Shown piece after piece: positions 1-10,983 of a stretch of DNA of 64,000 nucleotides. The notes beneath the pieces are model-generated. The model saw only the letters and a list, made by a program, of their open reading frames with translations. It had not been told where the DNA came from and made no database searches. Location: assembly GCA_950097015.1 (NCBI GenBank), contig CATNEN010000006.1, forward strand, positions 432,128-496,127, given 5' to 3'. Every line of letters begins with the position of its first letter. Position 1 is the stretch's first letter. The stretch is from Macrostomum hystrix (lineage: Eukaryota > Animalia > Platyhelminthes). The position numbers and the translations under genes are program-made.

Positions 1-207
1 CGGCGAAGCGCGACTGGCCGATAACAATCTTAATAGCTTCACCCCGATCCGGCAGATAAATTGTTTGAGTCTGGCCTTCACCAGCGCCGGCGCAGACACC
101 GCGAAGCATTCGCCCGGAGGAGTTTGACTTTAGCAGCAGAGAGGCGCCCAGTTTCGGCGGCTGAGTCAGCTGCCAGCTTGGCTGCAGTCGCACTTTAGAC
201 AGGCAAT
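1..207 (-). CDS. RRM-Tudor gene, downstream exon with a third Tudor-like segment (continues off the window)
   Basis: Acceptor ttatctgcactttag ends at 208. The phase-1 frame is open to the window edge: (x)CLSKVRLQPSWQLTQPPKLGASLLLKSNSSGRMLRGVCAGAGEGQTQTIYLPDRGEAIKIVIGQSRFA. IYLPDRGE resembles the Tudor V-x-F-x-D-x-G strand. Extra small exons between 208 and 1196 cannot be excluded. Confidence 0.6.
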
Positions 208-240
208 CTAAAGTGCAGATAACAAACCGACACGTTCAAA

Positions 241-571
241 TAATAATAATACGGCTCGAAATTTCAGGAGGGCTATGGGGAATGGCACATCTCTAGACCC
301 GCATCCAACGAGTTGGAAATTCTGCCCATTCGGCCGACTCCTGAGCACACACGCGCACATACTCTACGCAGGCACACGCTCACACAGGCGTGTACATCTG
401 CCCTGACTTTCTTACCGTCAGGCAGTGTAAACTTCACTGTGCCTTTTAGGCTGGCTCTCAAATTGCACGAGAAGCCCCCAAGCCTTCTCTCCGCGGATGC
501 GCCCCAAATTAATGTGGCCTGGCCGCGGAATCGAGCTCAGGGACCTTGGTGCGAGAGGCAAACGCGTTAAC
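241..571 (-). mobile_element. SINE family A copy (tRNA-derived), head truncated
   Basis: Homologous to 22831-23187, with a (TAA)n tail at 241-250. Confidence 0.85.
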
Positions 572-1196
572 TGCTTTTTGTTGTGCATCTTCTGAAACAA
601 GAATCAATTCGCCAGCACTTCAGATCGTCGAGATATTCAATGCTTCTGGCAAAGGTAAGATTTTTCCCAAAAGCGCTAGTGTATTTCACACAACCCTATA
701 CACAAATTAACACTGCGCCTCAGTGCGTCCTTGCCAGGCCTTCAAAATTTATTAGCATGTCACCCGAATGTGCTTGCATCATCTCCGTCTTCGGTGGTGA
801 CCTACATTAATCTATACGGACTGCTGGACCTTTAAGGGCTACAACAGGTGGAAATATATCCATATGGACACTCTGACGCCAAAAATTTATCCGATTTCAC
901 TGATTAATCCTAAATATTAGGCGCAGCTCAACCACAGGACAAAATCGCCTAGTCTGTCAACCAATCAGTCACCACCCAAGGCTGTTAGCATTCAAGCGCT
1001 GTCAAAAAAATCTCAGGGCCCTTCTTGGCATAAAAAACGGACGGCAAAATGGCTTGGTAGTCCTATTGTTACGAAATCCTGTATGATTTGTTTCTACTCG
1101 GAGAAGATCTCCTGAAGAATGGAAGAAGACTGTTTGAAGAATTTTGAACGACTTTATAAGAAAGAAAGACTTTAGAAGAAACGACTTTATACGCAC

Positions 1197-2271
1197 CGTC
1201 CAACTGGCGAATCAGGCTGTTTCCAGCTGGCCCAATGTCCACCAGGTGCAGCAGGCGCCGTTTAGAATCAACACCGGCTAACTGGCCAACAAAGGCGCCG
1301 TTAAGACAAGCCAGGCGTTTGGCTTGACCAGTAATTTGTAGCAGCTCAGATGTAGTCAAAACACTTGGCGCAGGAACGATTGCTGAATGTGTCTTAATCT
1401 TCGATGCAGGTGTTTTAATCTCCTGAGCAGGTGCTTTAACCTCCTGAGCAGGTGCCTTAACCTCCTGAGCAGGTGCTTTAATCTCCTGAGCAGGTGCTTT
1501 AATCTCCTGAGCAGGTGCTTTAACCTCCTGAGCAGGTGCTTTAACCTCCTGAGCAGGTGCTTTAACATCCTGAGCAGGTGCTTTAATCTCCTGAGCAGGT
1601 ACTTTAACCTCCTGAGCAGGTGCTTTAACCTCCTGAGCAGGTGCTTTAACCTCCTGAGCAGGTGCTTTAACCTCCTGAGCAGGTGCTTTAACATCCTGAG
1701 CAGGTGCTTTAACATCCTGAGAAGGTGCTTTAACCTCCTGAGAAGGTTCTTTAACATCCTGAGAAGGTGCTTTAACCTCCTGAGAAGGTGCTTTAACATC
1801 CTGAGCAGGTGCTTTAATCTCCTGAGCAGGTACTTTAACCTCCTGAGCAGGTGCTTTAACCTCCTGAGCAGGTGCTTTAACCTCCTGAGCAGGTGCTTTA
1901 ACATCCTGAGCAGGTGCTTTAACATCCTGAGAAGGTTCTTTAACATCCTGAGAAGGTGCTTTAACCTCCTGAGAAGGTTCTTTAACATCCTGAGAAGGTG
2001 CTTTAACCTCCTGAGAAGGTGCTTTAACCTCAGGCTCAGGTGCCGTGATCCCAGGTGACTGCTTTTTATTTACTGACAAGGGCAGGTGGGCTTGGTCCGG
2101 CTTGTCGAATTCCAGAACATCAACGGGAGACAGCATGAATCCGTTGCTCAGTCGGCTTCGGCCGCAGCGTCGAATAGTCAGCTGACCGTCGTGCCACTCG
2201 GCTACCCGACGCAGCTTGTCGGTGGCCTCGGCCACGTCTGGATTCGAAGCTTGCAGATTGCGGAATGAAAC
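1197..2271 (-). CDS. RRM-Tudor gene exon: end of Tudor 1, ~30 x (V/I)KAP(A/S)Q(E/D) repeat, second Tudor-like segment
   Basis: Acceptor ccag|GTTTCATTC (phase 0) extends ORF 1069..2235 upstream as VSFRNLQASNPDVAEATDK. The C-terminal part has GQLAGVDSKRRLLHLVDIG. Probable donor GACG|gtgcgt at 1196 (phase 1). Confidence 0.75.
1410..2036. repeat. 21-bp coding minisatellite (TTAACCTCCTGAGCAGGTGCT)n, ~30 copies
   Basis: Directly visible. Encodes the VKAPAQE repeats. Confidence 0.97.
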
Positions 2272-2334
2272 CTGGCATGTGAATTAACAAGGACAATTAA
2301 TATTCACCAGACGCAACTGAGTGTCACATAAACC

Positions 2335-2660
2335 TAAAAGCCTCACCTAAACCCATCTACCTAAAAGCAGCACCTAAACCCATCTACCTAAAAGCCGCAC
2401 CTAAAAGCATTACCTAAAAGCAGCACCTAAACCTATCTATCTAAAAGTCGCACCTAAACCTATCTACCTAAAAGCCGCACCTAAACCATCTACCTAAAAG
2501 CAGCACCTGAACCCATCTATCTAAAAGTCGCACCTAAACCATCTACCTAAAAGCAGCACCTAAACCCATCTATCTAAAAGTCGCACCTAAACCTATCTAC
2601 CTAAAAGCAGCACCTAAACCATCTACCTAAAAGCAGCACCTAAAGCCATCTGCCTGAAAG
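2335..2660. repeat. ~26-bp intronic minisatellite (ACCTAAACCATCTACCTAAAAGCAGC)n
   Basis: About 12 degenerate copies. Confidence 0.9.
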
Positions 2661-2713
2661 CCAGAACCTATACCAGAACCTCCCTAAAAACCCACAACGG
2701 CAAACTGATGTAC

Positions 2714-3249
2714 CAGCAGTGCTCGGCAAGGCGCCGTGGCTAGTCTGGCAGGCAGAGAGCGCAGTGTGGCGGCCTCCACATTGTGTCGCACAACTCCAAT
2801 GTCAACTAGAAATGCTACAAACAAATTCACGCCCTTCTGCTCAAGCAGCTGGACACGGTAGGCCCTAAGGCCGGCGTCGTTAATTTCAAAGCCGGCGAGT
2901 AGGCCGACGCTGGGCGCGACGCAAGCGCGCAAAGCCGACGGGGGCACAGCGGAGGCGGGGTCAGCCAGCCAGGCGTCCATTTCAGCCTGTCGCTTAGCCA
3001 GTTCATCGGAGTCATCAGGCAGCACGCTGACCCAGAACCCAGCGGCGCTGTCTAATTCAGCGTACACTCGAACGCGCACGGTGGAGGCCTGGTCCAGTTT
3101 CATGAAGTTAAGCCGGCTAAACGGTCGACTAGCTGGCGATTTTTTATTCAACGGAGCGCCATTAATTAACTGTGGCGGAATTAGAGCAGGAATTGAAACA
3201 TCATGTTGAGACTGCTCAGACGGATAATGCTCGGCGCCTTGAGTCGCTT
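2714..3249 (-). CDS. RRM-Tudor gene exon encoding an extended Tudor domain
   Basis: Acceptor aaattttag|AAGCGACT (phase 1) is in frame with ORF 2684..3151 (VRVYAELDSAAGFWVSV...AYRVQLL...AFLVDIG...LRSLPARLATAPCRALL). Donor CTG|gtacat (phase 0) matches the next exon. Confidence 0.8.
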
Positions 3250-3420
3250 CTAAAATTTTAATTATTGTATGTTAAAATATACAGATTCTTACTGACATTT
3301 GTTTGTAACTATTTTTAAATCATACATGTTTGATGTGCTTTTTCGAATGAGACCTTTGCCGACTGATTAGAGCTTCGGTTTCATATCCGAGAGGTCTGGA
3401 GTTCGAATCTAGGCCTAAAG

Positions 3421-3795
3421 TAATAATATAATAATAATAATTCCAGAAGAGCTGCGGGAAATGGCACATCATTTGGTGACACTAGACCCGCAGCCAGCGA
3501 GGGGCATTCTGCCAGTTTCACTGACCCCTGAGCACACACGCACACAGATACTATACGCAGGCAGTACAGGTATGTACATCTGCCCCGACTCTCATTGTCA
3601 GGCAGTGTACGCTTTCACTGTGCTGTGCCTTGGAGGTTGGTCGTCATAGATATAAATTGCACAACAAGCCGTTAAACCTTCTCTCCGAGGCTGCGTCCTA
3701 AATGAATGTGGCATCGACGCGGAATCGAACTTCTGGACCTTGGCGCGAGAAGCGAGCGAGTTAGACCGCTCTGCCACTTCGGCAATCACCCCCCT
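3421..3795 (-). mobile_element. SINE family A copy
   Basis: Full body with A/B-box head at the right end and a TAA tail. Lies in the RRM-Tudor intron. Confidence 0.85.
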
Positions 3796-3941
3796 GGGCC
3801 TAAAATAAACTATTTCTGTTATTGAGGAAGAAGCCTAATTGAATTCCATGTTACTCTTTCTGTTTTACTGAAATTAACATAACTTCTATCAGATTTAGTT
3901 GTCTGTCAAATATATATAATGTGGCAATATGAGGCACTAAC

Positions 3942-4235
3942 CAGGCTGTTGATTTACTGATTTGCGACTAGAACTGCTTGATTTATGCCGAACAATGGCC
4001 ACACAGTTGGCCTCAAACTGGCGCCCATTAAAGTGCCTGACAGCCGCAATAGCGCCTTCCTGTGTGTACATGTTGGCGAAGCCTTGCATGGTGCCATCTT
4101 CGAATCGATTCAACACGCAAACCGAGGCAACCGGGCCGCAGGATTCGAACATTGTATACAGCCTGGCCTTCAGTGGATAGGTATATTGGGGATGCGCACT
4201 TGACTTGGTAAAATAATCCAAATAGAAAAAATACA
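3942..4235 (-). CDS. RRM-Tudor gene exon encoding an RRM (RNA recognition motif)
   Basis: LKARLYTMFESCGPVASVCVLNRFEDGTMQGFANMYTQEGAIAAVRHFNGRQFEANCVAIV fits the RRM pattern. Donor CCTG|gttagt (phase 1) precedes the ORF stop and joins the 3249 acceptor in frame. The 5' boundary (candidate ctcgcaag|) and start exon are uncertain. Confidence 0.7.
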
Positions 4236-5921
4236 CTTGCGAGATACAGGTACAATTTTCACTTTACAATGTGCAATTCAAGATGCTAATTCCCATTTTG
4301 TCCTTTGTTAAATTTCTGCATCACAAAATAGATAATATAAAATATTGTTGAGTGCTACATATTGAAGCCAGAGATTTTAACAGCTTGATGTAAGCAAGCC
4401 ATTTCATGATATGGCTAATATGGCTATGACAAATCGTCAATGGCTAAGATTGTCATGGATTGAATTATGAAAGCTTAGCTGGCCCTATACACAATAACTC
4501 ATTGTGGGCATGTATACTTGACTTCTCAAATAGAAAGATTGGCTTTTACTTTGATTACCTATTATCCTATCCAATTGTAATATGTAAAAATTACATGATG
4601 TGTAGCAATATTTACATAATTAATAAAAATCCAAGTTTTTTAAAACAGAAAACAAAACTTACCTCGGTATAAAAACAAGGAAAGCCAGCAAAATACAGTG
4701 GAAAAGTAAAATTCATTTTCTCTGAAATAAAAAACCATAATTAATTTGTATTATGCTTACATTTTTTTGTTACACAAGACTGGGATATGTTGCTCTGACA
4801 AGAAGACAAAATTTACACTTGGTATGGATACATCAATTATCAATATTTTGTAAATAATAGATTATATAAAGTGGTAATAACTTTATATAAAAGAAACTGA
4901 TATAGACCAAATATAATAAACAGAAAAATCTGCAACTTTTTGTAAATTTTTGTTTGAATACATCTAGATTGTGTATATATTTGTTTTTATGCCCAAAATA
5001 TTTGTTTAAACGCACTATAATTATGTTGTTTAAAATGAAACATTTTGGTGTAAAAACAGGAGCAGAATTGAGGGAAAACCTTAAACTTGTTTAATATAGT
5101 TTGATACAATGTTCATATACAATACTCAGAAGTGTTCTTTTATTCTTTATAAAACATTTGGAGACAAATACTAAGAAGAATTCAAGAAAGAGAAAAGTAA
5201 GAAACTATTGCTATACACTTGAGATAATTGGTAATGCTCTTTAGAAAGCCTATACTTAGAGATACATATATACATATGATCAAGTAGTTGGCCAGAATAT
5301 CTAAATGTGCTACTTAGACTAACTAAATGTACTACCCAGAATAACTAAATACAATACTTAGACTAACTGAATACAATACTAGATTAAATGGTCCCTAGAT
5401 ATTTTGTCATCCTACAACTTTGTCATCTAGATGACAATCTGTCTAATATCTCAAAGGGTGGATGACAAAGTGACTTAGACTTGTGGACACTTGCTCATCT
5501 ATAAAACAAAAGTTTTTTAAGTTAGAATAGAATCACCCTTCCCTACATCGTGTTGGCACCAATCTTTCAACTTTTATAATAAAATTAAATCTTTTTTGAC
5601 ACCTTTTTGACAATTTAGAGTCTGAAATTTGTTCACACCTCTATCCCTCCACCTACCCTCACTTTATGAGGCAAATGAGGCAAGCACAAAAGTACTTCCA
5701 TATGCATATTCCACCCTTCAAGTATTGACACCTCCACCCCACAATCCTACCTTATCCAACATCACATCGTGCAGCCTATTTAGTTATTTAGTAATAAGGG
5801 CAACAAATATAAAACCACATGAGAACAAACAATCAAGTCACACTTTAGCCTCATTTTTATATATACTTGTACATATATGCAAAAGCATCTGTAAATTGAG
5901 TCTACAGACTACAATGCTTGT

Positions 5922-6171
5922 CATACATGCGCAACACCCGGCCGACCCGGCCAAACTGGCCAGGTGAAACGAGGGCCAAGCAAGGTAAGTCGCAAACACC
6001 ATTCGACCAAGTGCTAAAAAATCAAGGGGGGACCAATGGACAAAAAGGGAAGGCGTGAAGAAAAGGAAAAAGGGAAGAGAAAAAGAGAGCAAATGAGAGC
6101 AAACTAAGTCGTAAATAGAGCAAAAACTAAGTCACATGGCTGACTAAGATTTAGGAGGTTTCGCATGTATG
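5922..6171. mobile_element. hAT-type MITE, copy 1
   Basis: TIR CATACATGCG(C/A)AAC and 8-bp TSD ATGCTTGT (5914-5921, 6172-6179). Inverted homolog of 9075-9308. Confidence 0.85.
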
Positions 6172-9074
6172 ATGCTTGTTATTAGTAGATGACAAACTGA
6201 CCAAACATTAAAGCATGCCAAATGGCTGGATGACTAAGTGTCTTACCTTCAAAGAAGATGACAAAGTTGTAATATGACAAAGTTTTAAGATGAAATATGC
6301 TACCAAGAAATATTTTGATAGATATATAATACATTCTCAGAGGCTAGGCCTAATTCTAAAAAAAATATTGAAATTATTTGGACATTTTATTAAAATATCT
6401 CTGCAACAACTTTTGTAGGATATTAAAAATATGATCTACAACTTTGGTGGCATTGTAGAAATAAAGTTAGAATAGTAATTAACCCTGCAACAACTTTGTT
6501 GGCAGCACATTTTTAGAGTAATAGGTAAAGAGAAAAGCACTAGGAAAACTCTGGTGGCAACATTGGGATTAGGACTTTACTAAGAACTTAGGCCTACCTA
6601 CAACAGAACTAACTAGAGCACTTTAACACAAACTGTCAAAAGTAGCATAAAACAATTGAGCAATGTTTTAATAGAGGAAGCGATTCAGAATTCTTTAGTA
6701 TATTCTGTGGGCCTTTGGTTTCAAACAGAAACTAAAGAACTAATGATTATTAATGATTACTTTATGTCTACCAGTAGACGAATAGTTATCAAAAAGCAAA
6801 CAGCATAACGTGGCAAAAGTAAAAACAAGACAGAAATACTAATAACTGTGCCACATGTTATAGAGATTCCTATGCTGAAAACATAAGGCATACAAAAAAC
6901 ACAACAGCCTGAGTCATACTAGTAAAAACGCACTATTAGTCTATGCAGGCCCTATAGGCTAGTCAAGTCCAGTCACGTTTCCACTTTGTATTTAATCGCA
7001 ATTTGTAGAAAAGCAACAAAATAGGTTGCTATAAAGCTTAAAAACAGTTTTTAACATTCAGAAATGTATGTAACATTGAAGCTGAAGGATTTTGCTTGTG
7101 TATTAAGGTAAGCATCGTTAAAATGATTGCTGGTTTGTGCTAATTTGAATTGGAAATTAATTTCGTTCACGTCGGACGGACACGCAACTCTTTTCAAAGT
7201 ATGTATACTGGAGTTAAAGATTCATATCATGTGGATCAGGTATATGGTCATAGCACTCATTTGTTTAATGTCAATGGTATTTTGAGAACTGCAAACAAGC
7301 AGAGGAAGCACACTTAAAATATAAATATCTAAAATAGTACTTGGCTAATTTGTGTGTCTGAGGTGTCATTTTGTAGCAAGGACATGCATGCATCAAGCAG
7401 TTGTAGCCATAAATAATATGTTGAAATAATTGACTTTAGCCTTTAATTAGGTCATACAAAAATAGGGTCATCTAAAAATCATTAGAATGCACTATTGATA
7501 TAAAATTGAATTGTACAGTAGCAAATCGTTGGCAAAACAATTTATCACAATTTTTAAGCTTAGTTTGGTATTAGAGTCAGACATACACTCTGGCTCAAAA
7601 GTGAGTGTTTTTGTTTTCATTTTCACCTGAAATGAAAAATGTATATTGGAAAATGTCTGTCAGGGAACCTATATCCTTAAGAATAAGAAGTTCTTATAAG
7701 TTTTTTAGTAGTATGCATTATTATAGTCATCATGAATCCATTAATGAATTTGTAATAAATGATACCTATCTTTATAGTAATATTTTTATTTGGCAACTGC
7801 CTTTTATAATGCTACCTTGACACTTCATCATCTTACAACTTCATCATCTAGATGATCATCTGTCCAATTGACTCCAATATCTTAGCTTAGAGGGTGGATG
7901 ATGAAGAGACTTAGACTAGTGGACACTTTGTCATCTATAAAACAAAAGTTTTCAAAGTTAGAACAGAAACACCCCTCCCCACCCCTCCTCACATTGTGTT
8001 GGCACTGGGTGCTAGTCATTTCGTCAACTGCCACTTTGTCCAACCAACCAAGTGACCAACATTTAAGGGTGGTCTTAGGCCTACTTGTTGTTGACCAATT
8101 GACCAAGGTTTCAGGCCGCATTATTGGCCAGTTGAGGAAATAACCTCACACTTTTAGTCACTTTGCCAACCAGTTAACATTGTCAAAAATTGTTATAGTG
8201 TAGCGTTGTCTAATGAACATTGTCAAAAATTGTTAATAGTGTAACATTGTCTAGTTAACATTGTCAAAAATTGTTATAGTATAATGTTGTTTAGTTAACA
8301 TCATGTGCACATCCAGATGCAAATTGACATTCATTGTAATAGAACCAACATATGTGTAAGAGAGGGAGAGAGAGATTAGGGGGAGTTGTGCAAAGAGTCA
8401 CATTGCAGGTTGTTATGTTTTGTTGGAAAATATGTCCCTCTCCTAGGCGCCCACTTTCTGAAATCCCCACTAAATTGAAACAGACAAATTGAAACATCTT
8501 TTGACATCTGTTAATTCTCTCAATCAATCTTCACACCACCCCCAAGCTGACAATGTGCACCCTATCTTGGTCTTGGTTTCAATCAAAATGTTGGTATTGC
8601 TGGAGCGGAGGGGTAAATGACACCTTTAATTGGTAAGCAGCTCTTGTGAGGTGCAAACTAGCACCATGTCTTATATCCCTAAATATCATGTCTCAACAAC
8701 CAGCCCCACCAGCCAAGCCAATCCGAAATACTTAAACCTGACTGCATGCACCCTTTTCAAACACTGTATATAATGTAGTAGGATTTCAGAAGGGCCACTC
8801 AATTTTTGTGTCTTGGCAATGGAGACTGATAAGTGTATTCAGTGCTCAGAGACTGTGCGGCCATGTCAACTGGCCTACAGTGCTATTCATGCCAAAAGTG
8901 GCAACATTGAACTTGTGGAACTGGAATCTAATAAGCAGAGTACAGGCAGCTTATGCCGCAAGACATGTTTTCATGGTCGTGTGCCACTTGTGGGCCTGCG
9001 GTGGAGCTGGGGTGGAGCTCTTCCTGACTCTTTCACCATAGTCAGGGTGAGATTGCATGGGTCACTATCTGAAA

Positions 9075-9308
9075 CATACATGCGCAACTTCCCAAATCTT
9101 AGCCGGCCGTGCAACTTAGTTTTTGCTCTCATTTGCGACTTAGTTTGTTTCATTGCTCTATTTACGACTTTCCTTTTCTTCACGCCTTCCTTTTTTGTCC
9201 CTTGGTCCCCCCTTTGATTTTTTTGCACTTGGTCGATTGGTTTTTGCGACTTACCTTGCTTGGCCCTCATTTCACACGGCCGGGTCAGCCGGGTGTTGCG
9301 CATGTATG
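9075..9308. mobile_element. hAT-type MITE, copy 2 (opposite orientation)
   Basis: Perfect 14-bp TIR CATACATGCGCAAC and 8-bp TSD ATCTGAAA (9067-9074, 9309-9316). Confidence 0.87.
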
Positions 9309-10012
9309 ATCTGAAATAATTTTCATATAAGATAGAATCATATTCTAATGAACCTTTGTAAAGCATTCCCAATAAAAGCAAATAAAAAAAAATTTTAGTC
9401 TCAATTTCAGTCTATTGTCTACCTAGAACCTCCATCCATTTAAAATGCTAAAAAATCCAATTAATAATTTGAGGAAGCTAAGTACGAGAGTTTAATAAAA
9501 GGTTGCTAACAGTCACACATGGGCATCTAGTTCCAATACCCCATGGTAATGGTGATTGTCATCAGTTTATAGCAAATAAATATAGCTAAAGGCTTACAAG
9601 CCAATTGTATTGTTAATTTGTTGTAATGTATTGTCATGTAACAATTGTTAATTGTATTGTATTGTATTGTTTATTTCTGCTATCTTGAATGAGAAGAATG
9701 GGCAACATAATGGACTCTTGTATTGCTTTAAACATGTCACCAAATAATTAACTATTATTAGTTAATTAGTTTATAATTAGTTTTTTGGATATTGTGGCAC
9801 TTATTGTATTAGGTAGCTTATGGGTATGAATTATGTATTAAGTCTTGAAATAACTGGTCAGCTTCATGGCAATGTACTTTAACTGAAAGGCCACATGTTT
9901 TGATATTTATCATGATTGAAAGGTGTATTGTCCTTGCTTATATAAAAAGTCTGTTGTTTTTGGACAAGAGAAGTTTTATTGCATTCTTCTGCACTGCTTC
10001 AGCTCTAAGGCT

Positions 10013-10168
10013 ATGCCGTCGCACAAGACGTTTCGCATGAAGATGAAGCTGGCACGCAAGCAGAAGGTCAATCGGCCAGTGCCGCAGTGGGTTCGCATGC
10101 GCAATGGCAACACAGTGCGCTACAATGCCAAGAGGCGTCACTGGCGCCGCACCAAGCTCAAGCTGTAA
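10013..10168 (+). CDS. RPL39: 60S ribosomal protein L39 (51 aa, CDS uninterrupted)
   Basis: [51 protein letters not shown] is the eL39 signature. Acceptor gcactgcttcag ends at 10002. Confidence 0.96.
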   Translation: MPSHKTFRMKMKLARKQKVNRPVPQWVRMRNGNTVRYNAKRRHWRRTKLKL

Positions 10169-10444
10169 GAAGCGCTGCGCTGAGAGTGGCCTTAACCGCA
10201 CTCTTCCTTTTGCATTGCTTAAAAATTGGTGCGGCTTGAACTAAAGACTGTCAGGAACCGTAATGCAGCAGCGTGTAAAATTCGATGGACTAGTAATGCT
10301 GATGATAATGAAATCTGTTTGAGAAATACACAGATCTGAAACTGGGGTTTCTCACATACTTTGTTGCTGGTGGAAACTATTCTCTAGTTATTTTTTCTTT
10401 GCGCATTTTGTAGCTTTTGTTACTCGTAATTAGGGGAGGTTGCA

Positions 10445-10730
10445 GTTTGTGCTTTGAGCACCGGACTCATGACTTAAAGGTCGGGGGTTCGATTCCCGAT
10501 TCGACTGGAAAAATGTGTGTCTTTTAGCAAGACCAGCTGTTAAATGAGTACCAGCATCAGCTGGAACTCATTTTGAGGTTGGGTATGGCGTCCTCACTCT
10601 CCGTCGACTGTACAGCCGTACGCAGAATTTAGATGCGCCGCGCAATATCTGTGGCTGTGTTGTCGGCTGCACATTTTGTCATTAGGGCATTTGTAATCAG
10701 TTATAAGTAATAAATACAATATAAGTAATA
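10445..10730 (+). mobile_element. SINE family B copy (tRNA-derived)
   Basis: B box GGGGGTTCGATTCCCG, central CCAGCTGTTAAATGAGTACCAG, and a 3' block shared with 16560-16745 and 19845-20010. Confidence 0.75.
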
Positions 10731-10983
10731 AGTAACAATGATGTTACTTGTTAATAGGGGGCACTTGGTTATCCCTATGAACTAGGACTCAATGTACTGT
10801 GTGATTCAATTCAATGATTTGTAGTATCTAGAAAGGCTTATTAATTCATATTAAACTTTCAGCAATCCAAATATTAGCAAAGAATAAAAGTGTTGAACTG
10901 GTTCCAGCGGCCCTGAAGGTATCTTAAACAAGCAATGAAATTTTAAATAAAAACTTGTACGTAAATAGGAGTTTTGTTAAACA

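Noticed and set aside
1002-1113. Possible extra Tudor-gene exon after ccattcttcag
   Set aside because: The phase-compatible frame stops at 1002 and no donor was found. Left unresolved.
1356-2058. Long ORFs 1356..1988 (LKHLLRR)n and 1387..2058 (CFNLLSR)n
   Set aside because: They are alternative frames of the 21-bp repeat. Only the VKAPAQE frame has unique flanks and matching splice phases.
8813-9060. ORF starting MAMETDKCIQCSETVRPCQLA, reminiscent of a PHD-like start in retroelement ORF1
   Set aside because: The remaining Cys/His ligands are missing, and the ORF's length comes from reading into the MITE.
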